Assembly (NCBI GenBank): GCA_016937995.1
Contig: JAFGVM010000064.1
Location: 27,636 to 91,635, forward strand
Origin: Candidatus Delongbacteria bacterium
Lineage (GTDB): Bacteria > UBA4055
Reading direction: 5' to 3'
Length of the DNA stretch: 64,000 bases
In this document: positions 52,453 through 62,350 of the stretch, piece by piece
Layout of the letters: each line of letters begins with the position of its first letter
Numbering within the stretch: the stretch's first letter is position 1
Program-made: the position numbers and the translations under genes
The notes under the pieces: model-generated
Seen by the model: the letters and a program-made list of their open reading frames with translations, nothing else
Told to the model about the DNA's origin: nothing
The model's database searches: none

Positions 52453-54318
52453 TTAAATTTCTTTTAAGAACTTTTCAACTGAATTTTCTTTCAAAGCATC
52501 TTTTAGTTCTTCTTTAAAAATTTCATCTCGTAAGGCTGTTGTAATTACTTTAAGTGCTTTTAAGTGCTGTTCTGGGTATTTCTCAGGAGTTATGATCATA
52601 AATATCAGATCAACTTCTTTTTCATCAGGGGATTTCCAGTCAACAGGGTTCTCCATCAATCCGCAGACTACTTTTACTGATTCAACAGCACTGGTACGGC
52701 AGTGAGGGAATGCAACACCTCCACCGATTCCAGTACTACCGAGTTTTTCTCTTTCCAGTATTGAGTTAACGATGATATCTTTATCATAAATAATTCCACC
52801 TTCAACAAATTTAGATGTAAGAATATTGATCGCTGCTTCTCTGGATTCAGCACTGATCTCAAAAACTCTATTGTAAATAAGTGTCGATAACGTAAGTATT
52901 TCATCAGTTTCAATAAATGAATTATCATCAATCTCATCAATATTATTTTTATTCATTAACTTACTTTCACCGATGATCCAGTTCTTCCACTTTATCAATG
53001 TTTTCTCTGATAGCCATGCTCCTCCAAGTTCAAAAACTACGAGTGCAGGGATGATAGTATCAAATATTCTCTGACCACCAGAATTTTTCAGAACAGTAAA
53101 TACAAGAATAGTTTCAACCGCTGCCATACCGGCTTGAGGAAGCATAAGTTTCGGTAAACATGCCGTTATCTTAGAATCCTGATCAGTTACTTTACATCCG
53201 TACCAACTACCTGCCAGTTTTCCGGTAGTCCTAAGAACAAGATATCCTCCTACAAATATAAGAGTTTCACCAGAGAAGCTTTCAACGTTGACATTTGAAC
53301 CTATGATAGCAAAGAAAAGAAGGTTGAACATCGGCATAACATTTTCGATCTTAAGTGAATCGAAGAGTGCATGTGAGTGAAAGTTTGATATTAGGAATCC
53401 TGCGACAATAGCTGTTATAAGAAAAGGGAGATTAAAGTGCATCGCAACAGCTATACCAAGAGCAACAATTCCGAGAATTATAAGAAGTATCTCAACAGAA
53501 GGTGTTGGGTGTTCCATCAGTACTCTTGATAAGAACGTTCTGTCATCTTTTATAAATTCCTGTTCTTCAGGTTCAGGAAGCTTCTTTTTTACGATCTTTT
53601 TCAGTATGAAGAATATTACAAAGCCGATCAGGACAGAGAAGAAAAGTTCTTCAATTACTAAGATAGAAATCGATGTAAAACTTACCTCATGTCCGGTTTG
53701 TAATGCCACAGCAATACCAAGGAAAATAGAGAAGAATATTACTTCGATTATATCATCCAGAACTACTATGTTTGCGAGGAGATTCTTCAGCTTTCCTTCA
53801 ATCTTGAGTTTATTCATCAAAACAAATGTCAGAGCTGGTGCTGTTGCGATACCGATTGATCCAATTATAAGAGCGTGAATCAATTCAAAATCAAATACGA
53901 AGTAAAATCCTGAGAAGATCAAAGCAAATGTTACAAAAGCTTGAATAACACAGATAATGGTAGCTTTTATACCGACCTTGCGAACTCTGTCCCTGTGTAA
54001 TTCCTCACCGATAGAAAAAGCAATTATTCCTAGGAAAAGAAAAATGAAAAAATGAAAATCCTCCATAACTTTGGCGTATTCATCGTAAGAATTTTCAAAA
54101 AAATGAAAAACAGGTCTTAATAAAAAAACTTCGTCTAAACCATCGAATTTAAGCAGAAACCTGTAAATTATGTGAAGGAAATGAGGACCTACGACAACTC
54201 CGCCAATTATCTGACCAACAACTTCTCCGATCTTGATCTTACGAGCCAGATAACCACCCAAGTAAGCTGCAAGTATAAGTATCCCTGCTTCCAGTATTTG
54301 AAATTTAATATGATCCAT
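52453..54318 (-). CDS. monovalent cation:proton antiporter (CPA family, Na+/H+ exchanger-like) fused to a C-terminal PTS EIIA type-2 (PtsN-like) domain (start moved to the ATG with a GAGGA Shine-Dalgarno)
   Basis: About 12 transmembrane helices of Na_H_exchanger type. The C-terminal 150 aa carry the EIIA-2 phosphorylation-site motif GIGGGVAFPHCRT. Confidence 0.65.
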   Translation of the reverse strand: MDHIKFQILEAGILILAAYLGGYLARKIKIGEVVGQIIGGVVVGPHFLHIIYRFLLKFDGLDEVFLLRPVFHFFENSYDEYAKVMEDFHFFIFLFLGIIAFSIGEELHRDRVRKVGIKATIICVIQAFVTFALIFSGFYFVFDFELIHALIIGSIGIATAPALTFVLMNKLKIEGKLKNLLANIVVLDDIIEVIFFSIFLGIAVALQTGHEVSFTSISILVIEELFFSVLIGFVIFFILKKIVKKKLPEPEEQEFIKDDRTFLSRVLMEHPTPSVEILLIILGIVALGIAVAMHFNLPFLITAIVAGFLISNFHSHALFDSLKIENVMPMFNLLFFAIIGSNVNVESFSGETLIFVGGYLVLRTTGKLAGSWYGCKVTDQDSKITACLPKLMLPQAGMAAVETILVFTVLKNSGGQRIFDTIIPALVVFELGGAWLSEKTLIKWKNWIIGESKLMNKNNIDEIDDNSFIETDEILTLSTLIYNRVFEISAESREAAINILTSKFVEGGIIYDKDIIVNSILEREKLGSTGIGGGVAFPHCRTSAVESVKVVCGLMENPVDWKSPDEKEVDLIFMIITPEKYPEQHLKALKVITTALRDEIFKEELKDALKENSVEKFLKEI

Positions 54319-54382
54319 ACGAATCCTCAAAATAAGAAAGAAACAGATGTAAATCAATACATCTGTTCCTTATTTTTAAATT

Positions 54383-55594
54383 TTATAAGTAAGCATTTTC
54401 TCCATGAAGAACTTCATCAACTCCTAACTCTTCTTCTTCCTTAGAAACTCTAGCCGGAGTAAATTTATTTATAACGATCAGCATTACATATGTAAATATG
54501 AATGCATATATCGATGCACCAATTACTGCAGCAGTCTGCTTCCAGAAGAACATTCCACCACCGTAAAGTAATCCATCCGCTCCACCTGGATTAACTGCTG
54601 TTGAAGCAAATACTCCAAGTAATATGACACCAATAGTTCCACCTACACCGTGAACTCCCCATACATCAAGAGCATCATCCCAATTTAACTTATTTTTCAT
54701 TGCTACAGCCAGGTAACAAACAGCTCCAGCTATGATACCGATGAACATGGCTGACACAGGAGATACAAAACCAGCTGCAGGTGTAATTGTTGCCAATCCT
54801 GCCACTGCACCTGTAAGAAGACCTACAAATTTAGGCTTTTTAATATGATTCCATTCTATTATCAGCCAGGTAATTGCAGCAAAAGAAGCAGCAATATCTG
54901 TGTTTACGAACGCAATAGCAGTAATAGAATCTACCTTTAACTCACTACCGGCATTGAAACCATACCATCCGAACCAGAGAAGACCAGTTCCAAGTGCAAC
55001 CAATGGAATACTGTGAGGGCCATGTTCTGATACTTTCCTGTTTCCAAGAAAGAACACTGAAGCCAAAGCTGCCATACCTGCTATTGCATGAACAACTATA
55101 CCACCTGCAAAATCAAGAACACCCCATTGCTGTAAAATTCCGCCACCCCAAACCATGTGAACGAACGGGAAATAAACAAAAAGCAACCATAGGACTAAGA
55201 AGATCAAATATGCTTTGAATCTGATCCTGTTAGTGAAAGCTCCTGTAATAAGAGCAGGTGTGATAATAGCGAACATCATCTGATATGCCACAAATACAAG
55301 GACCGGTATTCTTCCGTCAGCTGAAAACGCATCTGTAATCGAAATACCCTGCAAAAATGCATTATCAAGATTACCGATCACACCTCCGATATCCCCGCTA
55401 AAGCAAAGTGAATATCCTACTGCGAACCATAAAATTGTCGTGATTCCCATTGACACAAAACTCTGCATCATAATACTGAGCACATTCTTTCTTCCTACCA
55501 GACCACCGTAGAAGAATGCAAGTCCCGGTGTCATTAACATTACCAGACTTGTTGCCAGAAGCATAAAACCTGTGTTACCTGTGTTGAAATCCAT
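54383..55594 (-). CDS. amt: ammonium transporter (Amt family)
   Basis: 11-TM Amt signature blocks (DFAGGIVVHAIAG, GAVAGLATITPAAGFV, tandem His-containing helices). Confidence 0.85.
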   Translation of the reverse strand: MDFNTGNTGFMLLATSLVMLMTPGLAFFYGGLVGRKNVLSIMMQSFVSMGITTILWFAVGYSLCFSGDIGGVIGNLDNAFLQGISITDAFSADGRIPVLVFVAYQMMFAIITPALITGAFTNRIRFKAYLIFLVLWLLFVYFPFVHMVWGGGILQQWGVLDFAGGIVVHAIAGMAALASVFFLGNRKVSEHGPHSIPLVALGTGLLWFGWYGFNAGSELKVDSITAIAFVNTDIAASFAAITWLIIEWNHIKKPKFVGLLTGAVAGLATITPAAGFVSPVSAMFIGIIAGAVCYLAVAMKNKLNWDDALDVWGVHGVGGTIGVILLGVFASTAVNPGGADGLLYGGGMFFWKQTAAVIGASIYAFIFTYVMLIVINKFTPARVSKEEEELGVDEVLHGENAYL

Positions 55595-55760
55595 AACTAC
55601 TCCATTCTAGTTAATTTTATATAATATTTTGTTTTCATTTAATAATTTGAAATATTTAAAAATTAGATAAATGAAACGAATCGATCATTTATCTACGATA
55701 TTACTAAAGGTTAGTATGAAATTATGATATGGTTAAAAATTCAAATAAGTTCAAGAAAAT

Positions 55761-57005
55761 TTACAAATATGCAGTTTCACCATGCTGTCCTTCATCAAGA
55801 CCGGAATTCTCTTCTTCCTCTGAAACTCTTACATCAGTGATCTTATTTACGATCCAAAGCATAAAAAGAGTGAACAGGAAAGCATAAATAGCAGCAAATA
55901 TTACTGCCCCTGTCTGTTTGAAAAGAAAAGCAATATTTCCGTCGATCAATCCACTTGCTAAACTAGAAGCATCTTTACCGAGAAAAGTCATGGTATTAGT
56001 TCCTAAGATACCAAGGAGTATAACTCCAAGAAGTCCGCCGATCCCATGTATTCCGAAAACATCAAGTGCATCATCTAGGCCGGCCCTGTTCTTAAAATAA
56101 ACTGCAATATAGCAAGCAACAGAAGCTAATGTCCCAATTATTACGGCAGATTGAGGAGAAACATAACCTGCAGCAGGTGTAATACATGCCAATCCTGCAA
56201 CTGAACCCGTAAGAAAACCTAATAGTTTCGGTTTTCTTGTAAATATCCAGTCAAGCAATAGCCATGTTGGACCTGCAAAAGAAGCTGCTATGTCAGTATT
56301 TATAAAAGCCAGTGTTGTAATAGGATCAACTTCGAACTCACTTCCCGCATTAAATCCGTACCATCCGAACCACAAAATACCGGTCCCTAATGCTACAAGA
56401 GGAATACTGTGCATACCTTTATCTGAAATTTTTCTTTTACCTATGAATATAACTGAAGCTAAGGCTGCAAACCCGGCTGTAGTATGCACTACTATGCCTC
56501 CTGCAAAATCCTTAATACCCCAATGAGATAATAATCCGCCACCCCAGACCATATGTACGAGAGGGAAATAAACAAATATCTGCCATACTACCAGGAATAT
56601 TATATATGCGGAAAATCTTACTCTGTTTGCAAATGCTCCAGTGATCAAAGCTGGTGTTATAATAGCGAACATCATTTGATAAGCTACAAACACATAAATC
56701 GGTACTCCCGGATTTACAGGACTTGGATCAACAAGTGTAATTCCGCTAAGGAATATGTGATCAAAATTTCCAATGATACCAAGAATATCCCCGTTCCCGT
56801 AAGAACCGCTAAAGCAAATTGAATAACCAAATGCAAACCATAATATCGTAGTTAAACCCAGAGAAACAAAGTTTTGGAACATAATAGTAATAACATGTTT
56901 TCTTCCGACTAATCCTCCGTAAAAAAAAGCCAGTCCGGGTGTCATGAACATAACTAAGCTGGTAGCTATTAGCATAAAGCCAGTGCTTGCAAGGTCAAAA
57001 TTCAT
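55761..57005 (-). CDS. amt: ammonium transporter (Amt family), tandem paralog
   Basis: Same blocks (DFAGGIVVHTTAG, GSVAGLACITPAAGYV), with about 60% identity by eye to the downstream copy. Confidence 0.85.
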   Translation of the reverse strand: MNFDLASTGFMLIATSLVMFMTPGLAFFYGGLVGRKHVITIMFQNFVSLGLTTILWFAFGYSICFSGSYGNGDILGIIGNFDHIFLSGITLVDPSPVNPGVPIYVFVAYQMMFAIITPALITGAFANRVRFSAYIIFLVVWQIFVYFPLVHMVWGGGLLSHWGIKDFAGGIVVHTTAGFAALASVIFIGKRKISDKGMHSIPLVALGTGILWFGWYGFNAGSEFEVDPITTLAFINTDIAASFAGPTWLLLDWIFTRKPKLLGFLTGSVAGLACITPAAGYVSPQSAVIIGTLASVACYIAVYFKNRAGLDDALDVFGIHGIGGLLGVILLGILGTNTMTFLGKDASSLASGLIDGNIAFLFKQTGAVIFAAIYAFLFTLFMLWIVNKITDVRVSEEEENSGLDEGQHGETAYL

Positions 57006-57068
57006 AAAAATTCCCGGTTGAGTGTTAATGTTCTATATTAATTTGTCAGTCTGAGTAAAATATAATGA

Positions 57069-57494
57069 TCATACATTTTGGTAAGGAGGAGGTCTCGGTA
57101 AAGCTGTATTTGAAGATTCTTTCCGTATAAAAGAAATAAAATATAAAAAACTTATGATCTGTTTTACAGGATCGAAATTAAAGAATTTATAAAAAAATGC
57201 GAAAGAACCAAGAAGAAAGAATATCATACTCAACTCTAGTCTTGAAATATTAACAAGAGAGTTCTCATTATCAATGAACAGGGTTTGTGGCCGAGGTTCA
57301 AAGAAGTTTTTACTTGATATTAAATTTGTGGAGCTAGAGAATGGATATGTGTTCATGAACGAGAAGGTCCGTGTGCTCTTTCCTGATTTAATTACTTTAT
57401 CTAGTTCAATGTAAATATCAATGAAAAAGACTAAACTTATCAATGTGATAAGGAAAAATATACCTGTTCTATCGTTGTGTTTCTTTATATCCAC
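57069..57494 (-). CDS. hypothetical membrane protein
   Basis: 141 aa with 2-3 hydrophobic helices and no recognisable motifs. Confidence 0.3.
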   Translation of the reverse strand: MDIKKHNDRTGIFFLITLISLVFFIDIYIELDKVIKSGKSTRTFSFMNTYPFSSSTNLISSKNFFEPRPQTLFIDNENSLVNISRLELSMIFFLLGSFAFFYKFFNFDPVKQIISFLYFISFIRKESSNTALPRPPPYQNV

Positions 57495-57583
57495 CTGGAC
57501 TTTCTCACTGTATGTTACAATACCAAGTAAAAAATATATAAAACATATTTAATAGTCAATTCGAATTTTTATTATAGGTTATA

Positions 57584-57619
57584 TAAAAAAAGACCGAAAC
57601 AATCTAATCATTTCGGTCT
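57584..57619 (-). terminator. intrinsic terminator after trpB (AGACCGAAA-loop-TTTCGGTCT + U7 on the minus strand)
   Basis: A 9-bp stem and T7 run on the coding (minus) strand, 20 nt after the trpB stop. Confidence 0.6.
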
Positions 57620-57639
57620 TTTCAATGTGTACAAGAAGT

Positions 57640-58872
57640 TCAGTCAATACCGATCATATCTCCGTAGCTTTCAGCAATGAAATCAATATCCTTATCACCC
57701 CGGCCGGAAAGGTTAACAAGAATTGTTTCACTTGGCTCTAAAGAAGATGCTAATTTGATAGCAAAAGCTATAGCATGAGAGCTTTCAAGGGCTGGAATTA
57801 TTCCTTCATTTTTTGACATAATACTGAATGCTTCAATAGCTTCGGTGTCATTAATTGTTTCGTATCTTATACGTTCAATATCCTTCAGATAAGAATGTTG
57901 TGGTCCGACACCGGGATAATCAAGACCACTGGCAATAGAATGTACAGGTGAAGGTTCACCATTCTCATTCTGCAATAAATAACACATAAATCCATGAATT
58001 ACTCCGGGTTTCCCTAATGTCAATGTTGCTGCATGCTCTCCATCTTTAAAACCTTTTCCGGATGGTTCTACTCCATGTATCTGCACATTTTTATCTTCTA
58101 AAAAAGCTGTAAATAGACCAATTGCATTAGATCCTCCTCCAACACAGGCAACAAGATGATCAGGAAGTTTTCCGGTTTTTTGTTGGAATTGTGCCCTTGC
58201 TTCTTCGCCGACTATCTGCTGAAAATCTCTGACCATCATAGGGAAGGGATGAGGACCTACAACTGAACCGATTGCATAGAACTGTGTGACGGGATCCTGC
58301 ATGTAAGCCATAAACGCTGAATCTACAGCTTCTTTAAGAGTTTTAAGACCGAATGTTACTGGAACTACTTTTGCACCGAGTATCTTCATCCTGATCACAT
58401 TTGGGTGCTCTTTTGCAATATCCACTTCACCCATATGGATCTCACATTGCATATCAAGTAATGCTGCTGCTGTTGCCAAAGCAACTCCATGCTGACCTGC
58501 ACCAGTTTCTGCAATAACTTTTTTCTTTCCCATTTTCTTTGCAAGTAATACTTCACCAAGGCAGTGATTGATCTTATGTGCTCCGGTATGATTGAGATCT
58601 TCTCTTTTGAAGTATATCTGTGCACCTCCAACTTTTTGGGACAAGCTTTTTGCGTGATAAACAGGTGAAGGTCTACCAGTGTAATCCCGGTTTAATCTTA
58701 TGAGTTCGGTTTTGAATTCCTCAGTTTCAATAATACGATAGTAAGACTCAGTGATCTTCTGCATTTCTTCTACCAATTGCGGTGGAAGATAAGCTCCCCC
58801 GTACTCACCGAAATACCCCTTTTCATCTGGGAGTTGTTTTGTTTTTGTTCTTTCAGCTGTGATCGTTTCCAT
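57640..58872 (-). CDS. trpB: tryptophan synthase beta chain (stand-alone; start moved to the ATG preceded by an AAGGAG Shine-Dalgarno, so the protein begins [10 protein letters not shown])
   Basis: PLP-dependent fold-II TrpB signatures ([24 protein letters not shown] Lys-PLP site, GSNAIG). No trpA is adjacent. The track's 10-codon N-terminal extension contains the Shine-Dalgarno and is rejected. Confidence 0.85.
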   Translation of the reverse strand: METITAERTKTKQLPDEKGYFGEYGGAYLPPQLVEEMQKITESYYRIIETEEFKTELIRLNRDYTGRPSPVYHAKSLSQKVGGAQIYFKREDLNHTGAHKINHCLGEVLLAKKMGKKKVIAETGAGQHGVALATAAALLDMQCEIHMGEVDIAKEHPNVIRMKILGAKVVPVTFGLKTLKEAVDSAFMAYMQDPVTQFYAIGSVVGPHPFPMMVRDFQQIVGEEARAQFQQKTGKLPDHLVACVGGGSNAIGLFTAFLEDKNVQIHGVEPSGKGFKDGEHAATLTLGKPGVIHGFMCYLLQNENGEPSPVHSIASGLDYPGVGPQHSYLKDIERIRYETINDTEAIEAFSIMSKNEGIIPALESSHAIAFAIKLASSLEPSETILVNLSGRGDKDIDFIAESYGDMIGID

Positions 58873-58902
58873 TTTGCTTCTCCTTTTGTTTATTTTTTGC
58901 AT

Positions 58903-58972
58903 AAAAAAAGTCGCTCTAAGGCGACTTTTAACAATTAAAAAAGCCGCAGACAGTTCATACCATCTACGGCTT
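58903..58972 (-). terminator. two tandem intrinsic terminator hairpins in the trpB leader (attenuator terminators)
   Basis: On the minus strand, AAGCCGUAGA-12 nt loop-UCUGCGGCUU + UUUUUU (58935-58972), then AAAAGUCGC-CUUAGA-GCGACUUUUUUU (58903-58929). Both lie immediately 5' of the trpB ribosome-binding site. Confidence 0.6.
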
Positions 58973-58999
58973 ATATTTTATAAAACTATAGATAGTGGG

Positions 59000-59047
59000 C
59001 TAGATTGTCCACCACCAGAAGTTCATTAAAGATATGTTCGTATTCAT
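59000..59047 (-). CDS. trpL: trp leader peptide (MNTNISLMNFWWWTI; the minimal version MNFWWWTI starts at 59026) with three consecutive Trp codons
   Basis: The minus-strand read is ATG AAT ACG AAC ATA TCT TTA ATG AAC TTC TGG TGG TGG ACA ATC TAG. It lies about 30 nt upstream of the terminator hairpins, and the start choice among three in-frame ATGs is uncertain. Confidence 0.55.
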   Translation of the reverse strand: MNTNISLMNFWWWTI

Positions 59048-59205
59048 TTTTTCCATCGGGCTAAATCTAACACTAAATTTATTTGATGTCAAGCTGTTTT
59101 AATATTTAGATTTTTCACTTCAGTGTTAAAATTACTAATTGATTTACGGGTTAAAATTACATATAATGCAGTAGGAAAAGGAATTAACTTAAAAGGAATT
59201 AAAAA

Positions 59206-60636
59206 ATGTTGGAGATCTACAATAGCTATTCAAAGAAAAAAGAGACATTCAAACCTGTAGCTGAGGGTAAAGTTAACATATATACTTGTGGTCCAACTGT
59301 ATACAGTAATGCTCACGTAGGTAATTTCTCAGCATTTTTAATGGCTGATGTACTTGTAAGATATTTAAAATACAAAGGGTATGATGTTAAGTGGGTAATG
59401 AATATAACCGATGTTGGTCATTTAACTGATGATAATGAAGTTACTGATGATGGTGAAGATAAATTAGAAGCTGCTTCTAAGAGAGAAAATAAAACTGTTT
59501 GGGAAATTGCAAGACACTATGAAGATCTTTTTATGGGGGATATTCGAACCCTTAAGCTTTTTCCTGCTGATAAATATCCCAGAGCAACTGAACATGTTGA
59601 AGAAATGATCGAAATGATAAAGATTCTTCAGCAAAAAGAAGTTATTTATGAAACATCGGACGGAGTTTATTTCGATATTTCAAAGTTTAAGAAATACGGA
59701 AAACTTTCAGGTAATGATATTGAGGCATTACAAGCCGGATCGAGGGTAGAGATCAATGAGGATAAGCGGTCAGCATATGATTTTGCATTATGGAAGAAGC
59801 TTACAGGTAAAAATGAAAAACATATAATGCAGTGGGACAGCCCGTGGGGAACAGGTTTCCCTGGATGGCATATTGAATGCAGTGCAATGAGTAAAAAATA
59901 TCTTGGAGAAACACTTGATTTCCATACAGGCGGTGAAGATAATAAATTTCCACATCATGAAAGTGAAATAGCTCAATCAGAAACCGCAAACTGCAAACCG
60001 TTCGCGAACTACTGGATGCATAAGAGCAGAGTTATTGTAAATAATGAAAAAATGAGTAAATCCCTAGGTAATTTCTTCACAGTTCAGGACCTTCTGAAGC
60101 TTGGATATACTCCTGAATCCATAAGGTTCACTTTTGTCAGTGTGCACTACAGGTCTAAATTGAATTTTACTGAGGAAAAACTGGTAGAATCACAAAAATC
60201 GATCGATAAATTCAATGATTTTATTCAATTTTTGATCAAATCTGAGGAGACTGTAGAAAATAGTTCAATTTCTTCTATTATAAAATCTACGAAACAGCAA
60301 TTTGAAAAAGCTATGGATGACGACCTGAACGTTTCAGGAGCTCTTGCACCTCTTTTCGGTTTTATGAAGTCAATCAGAAAGCAGATAAACAGTTCTGGCA
60401 TATCTGCAAAAAATAAAGATGAGATCCTTCATTTTATGAAGAGTATTAATTCAATATTCGAAGTCTTCGATTTTGAAGAGAAAAAAGAAAAAAAATTAAG
60501 CATATCTGATCAGAAGACAGTTGAAGAACTTATCAAGAAAAGAGAGCAATTCAGATCAGAGAAAAATTGGGTGGAAGCTGATAAGGTCAGAGATGAGTTA
60601 AATAAAATGGGGGTAAAAATTGAAGATAAAAAATAG
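59206..60636 (+). CDS. cysS: cysteinyl-tRNA synthetase
   Basis: Class I HIGH variant (NAHVGNF), Zn-binding Cys (TCGPTVY, HIECSAM) and KMSKS (KMSKSLGN), 476 aa. Confidence 0.9.
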   Translation: MLEIYNSYSKKKETFKPVAEGKVNIYTCGPTVYSNAHVGNFSAFLMADVLVRYLKYKGYDVKWVMNITDVGHLTDDNEVTDDGEDKLEAASKRENKTVWEIARHYEDLFMGDIRTLKLFPADKYPRATEHVEEMIEMIKILQQKEVIYETSDGVYFDISKFKKYGKLSGNDIEALQAGSRVEINEDKRSAYDFALWKKLTGKNEKHIMQWDSPWGTGFPGWHIECSAMSKKYLGETLDFHTGGEDNKFPHHESEIAQSETANCKPFANYWMHKSRVIVNNEKMSKSLGNFFTVQDLLKLGYTPESIRFTFVSVHYRSKLNFTEEKLVESQKSIDKFNDFIQFLIKSEETVENSSISSIIKSTKQQFEKAMDDDLNVSGALAPLFGFMKSIRKQINSSGISAKNKDEILHFMKSINSIFEVFDFEEKKEKKLSISDQKTVEELIKKREQFRSEKNWVEADKVRDELNKMGVKIEDKK

Positions 60637-61624
60637 AATTTTAACTGTTTTACTGATCTCAATATTATTTGTCATTTCATCATGCTCCATAAAGGGAAAA
60701 GCTATTGGCAAGGACGAGGAGATAGTTGTAGTAGCTGATGAGCAAATGTTCGATATATATAAACCTATGCTTCAGGATATTTACGAAGATGAAATATATA
60801 CTCCAATGCTTGAAAAAAGATTTACTTTGACAAGAATGTCACTTGCCAAATTCAAGGAGATCGGATATAAGTTCAAAAATATTATAATGTTAACAGATGT
60901 GGACTCTGATTCTCCTGAATCTGAATATATCGCTTCAATATTTGATGAAAGTATTATAGACGGAGTCAGAGAAAGTGAATATTTTTATGTAGTAAAAAAT
61001 GATATATGGGCCAAAGATCAATTAGTGTTATTTCTACTTGACTCCAAAGAAATGTTCCTAAGGAAATATCTTGAAAAATACTCAGGGAAAATGTTCGATG
61101 TTTTTAATGATAAACTCTTAACAAAGATCAAAAGCACATTGTTTGACAGGTTTAACAGCAAAGGTGCTCAGGAATTAGCAAAAGAGAAAAAAGGCATAGA
61201 TCTTTTTGTTCCTCATGATTTCGCTATAGTTAATGAGGGAAAAGATATTGATTTCTTAAGATTCCGTAGGTTCAATCCTGATAGATGGCTTACCGTTATC
61301 AAAGGAGAATATGATGAAAATCTTACAATGGAAGATAACATTATTGTTTTGAGAGATGCCGCCGGTAGAGAATTCGGTGATAGTGTTAGAGTGAACAGGG
61401 AACTTCTGACGTTTAAACCAGATTCAACTTTTGCAGACGGATGTATTAAGGCACAGGGTTTGTGGGAATATACTCTGGGCGGTGGACCTTTTTTTACTTA
61501 CGGATATGTTAAAAATGGGATGCTTTATCTTGTTGATGGAGCGGTATTTGCACCTCAGAAAGCAAAGTATCCTTATATAATTCAACTGGACCTTATGGCA
61601 AGAACTGTAAAATTCCCGGACTAA
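60620..61624 (+). CDS. hypothetical lipoprotein
   Basis: Signal peptide with lipobox (ILFVISSC-SIK), 334 aa, overlapping the cysS stop by 17 nt. Confidence 0.4.
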   Translation: MKIKNRILTVLLISILFVISSCSIKGKAIGKDEEIVVVADEQMFDIYKPMLQDIYEDEIYTPMLEKRFTLTRMSLAKFKEIGYKFKNIIMLTDVDSDSPESEYIASIFDESIIDGVRESEYFYVVKNDIWAKDQLVLFLLDSKEMFLRKYLEKYSGKMFDVFNDKLLTKIKSTLFDRFNSKGAQELAKEKKGIDLFVPHDFAIVNEGKDIDFLRFRRFNPDRWLTVIKGEYDENLTMEDNIIVLRDAAGREFGDSVRVNRELLTFKPDSTFADGCIKAQGLWEYTLGGGPFFTYGYVKNGMLYLVDGAVFAPQKAKYPYIIQLDLMARTVKFPD

Positions 61625-61625
61625 T

Positions 61626-62261
61626 ATGGATATTTTCAATCATCCGCCAAAATTTATTAAAGTTCTTTTCCCATGGATAATCTGGGATCTGGAAAGTAAT
61701 GGTATTTTACTTACAATAGATGATGGTCCCTCTGAAAATACTGATAAACTACTTGATCAACTCGATCGGCACAATATCAAAGCAGTATTTTTTTGCACTG
61801 GTAGAAATATTGAGAAATATCACTTTTCATTTCAAAATATGATCAAAAGGGGACATGTGATCGGAAATCACGGTTATGATCATAAGCAGCTTATATTTGG
61901 TAGTAAAAGTTCGAATTTTAAAAGCTTGAAGAGATCTGATGATATTATTAAGAAAGTCACCGGTGAAAGTCCCAAACTTGTCAGACCTCCTTACGGAAGG
62001 TTCAATCATCAGACAGTTAGAGCACTGAAAAAACTGGATGGAACTATGATGCTGTGGTCTTTACTTACAGGAGATCATACAGGAGATTTTCTACATGTAA
62101 GAAGACTTGTGGATTCTTACTTAAAAAATAGTTCGATAATCGTTATGCATGATAATAAAAAAAGTATGGAAATATTTTCTGAAAGTCTCGAATATATTGT
62201 ACAAATATGCAAAGATAGAGAAATTTCAATTATAGACCCTAACTTTCTTAAGTTTGATTAA
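61626..62261 (+). CDS. polysaccharide deacetylase (CE4, NodB homology domain)
   Basis: NodB motifs TIDDGP (Asp-Asp metal/catalytic), HVIGNHGYDH (His-His) and RPPYGRFN. Confidence 0.75.
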   Translation: MDIFNHPPKFIKVLFPWIIWDLESNGILLTIDDGPSENTDKLLDQLDRHNIKAVFFCTGRNIEKYHFSFQNMIKRGHVIGNHGYDHKQLIFGSKSSNFKSLKRSDDIIKKVTGESPKLVRPPYGRFNHQTVRALKKLDGTMMLWSLLTGDHTGDFLHVRRLVDSYLKNSSIIVMHDNKKSMEIFSESLEYIVQICKDREISIIDPNFLKFD

Positions 62262-62321
62262 TAAAATTGACTTGGGAGATAATTGGCATTATATTTCTGC
62301 CTCTTGAAATTCAGTAGGAGT

Positions 62322-62343
62322 AGCTGTAAATAAATTTTACAGC
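62322..62343 (+). other. perfect hairpin AGCTGTAAA-TAAAT-TTTACAGCT directly upstream of tRNA-Ser (no U-run)
   Basis: A 9-bp perfect inverted repeat 8 nt before the tRNA 5' end. This is a possible processing or promoter-associated structure. Confidence 0.3.
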
Positions 62344-62350
62344 TGATTAC

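Noticed and set aside
58873-58902. 10-codon N-terminal extension of trpB ([10 protein letters not shown]) from the ORF track
   Set aside because: The extension contains the AAGGAG Shine-Dalgarno for the downstream ATG (METIT…) and overlaps the leader terminator U-tract; the downstream ATG is preferred.
58903-59205. T-box riboswitch or TRAP (UAG/GAG repeat) control of trpB
   Set aside because: No match to the T-box consensus (AATTAGGGTGGTACCGCG) or a specifier-loop architecture, and only three spaced UAG triplets against the roughly 9-11 needed for TRAP. The WWW leader peptide plus terminators fits classical ribosome-mediated attenuation better.
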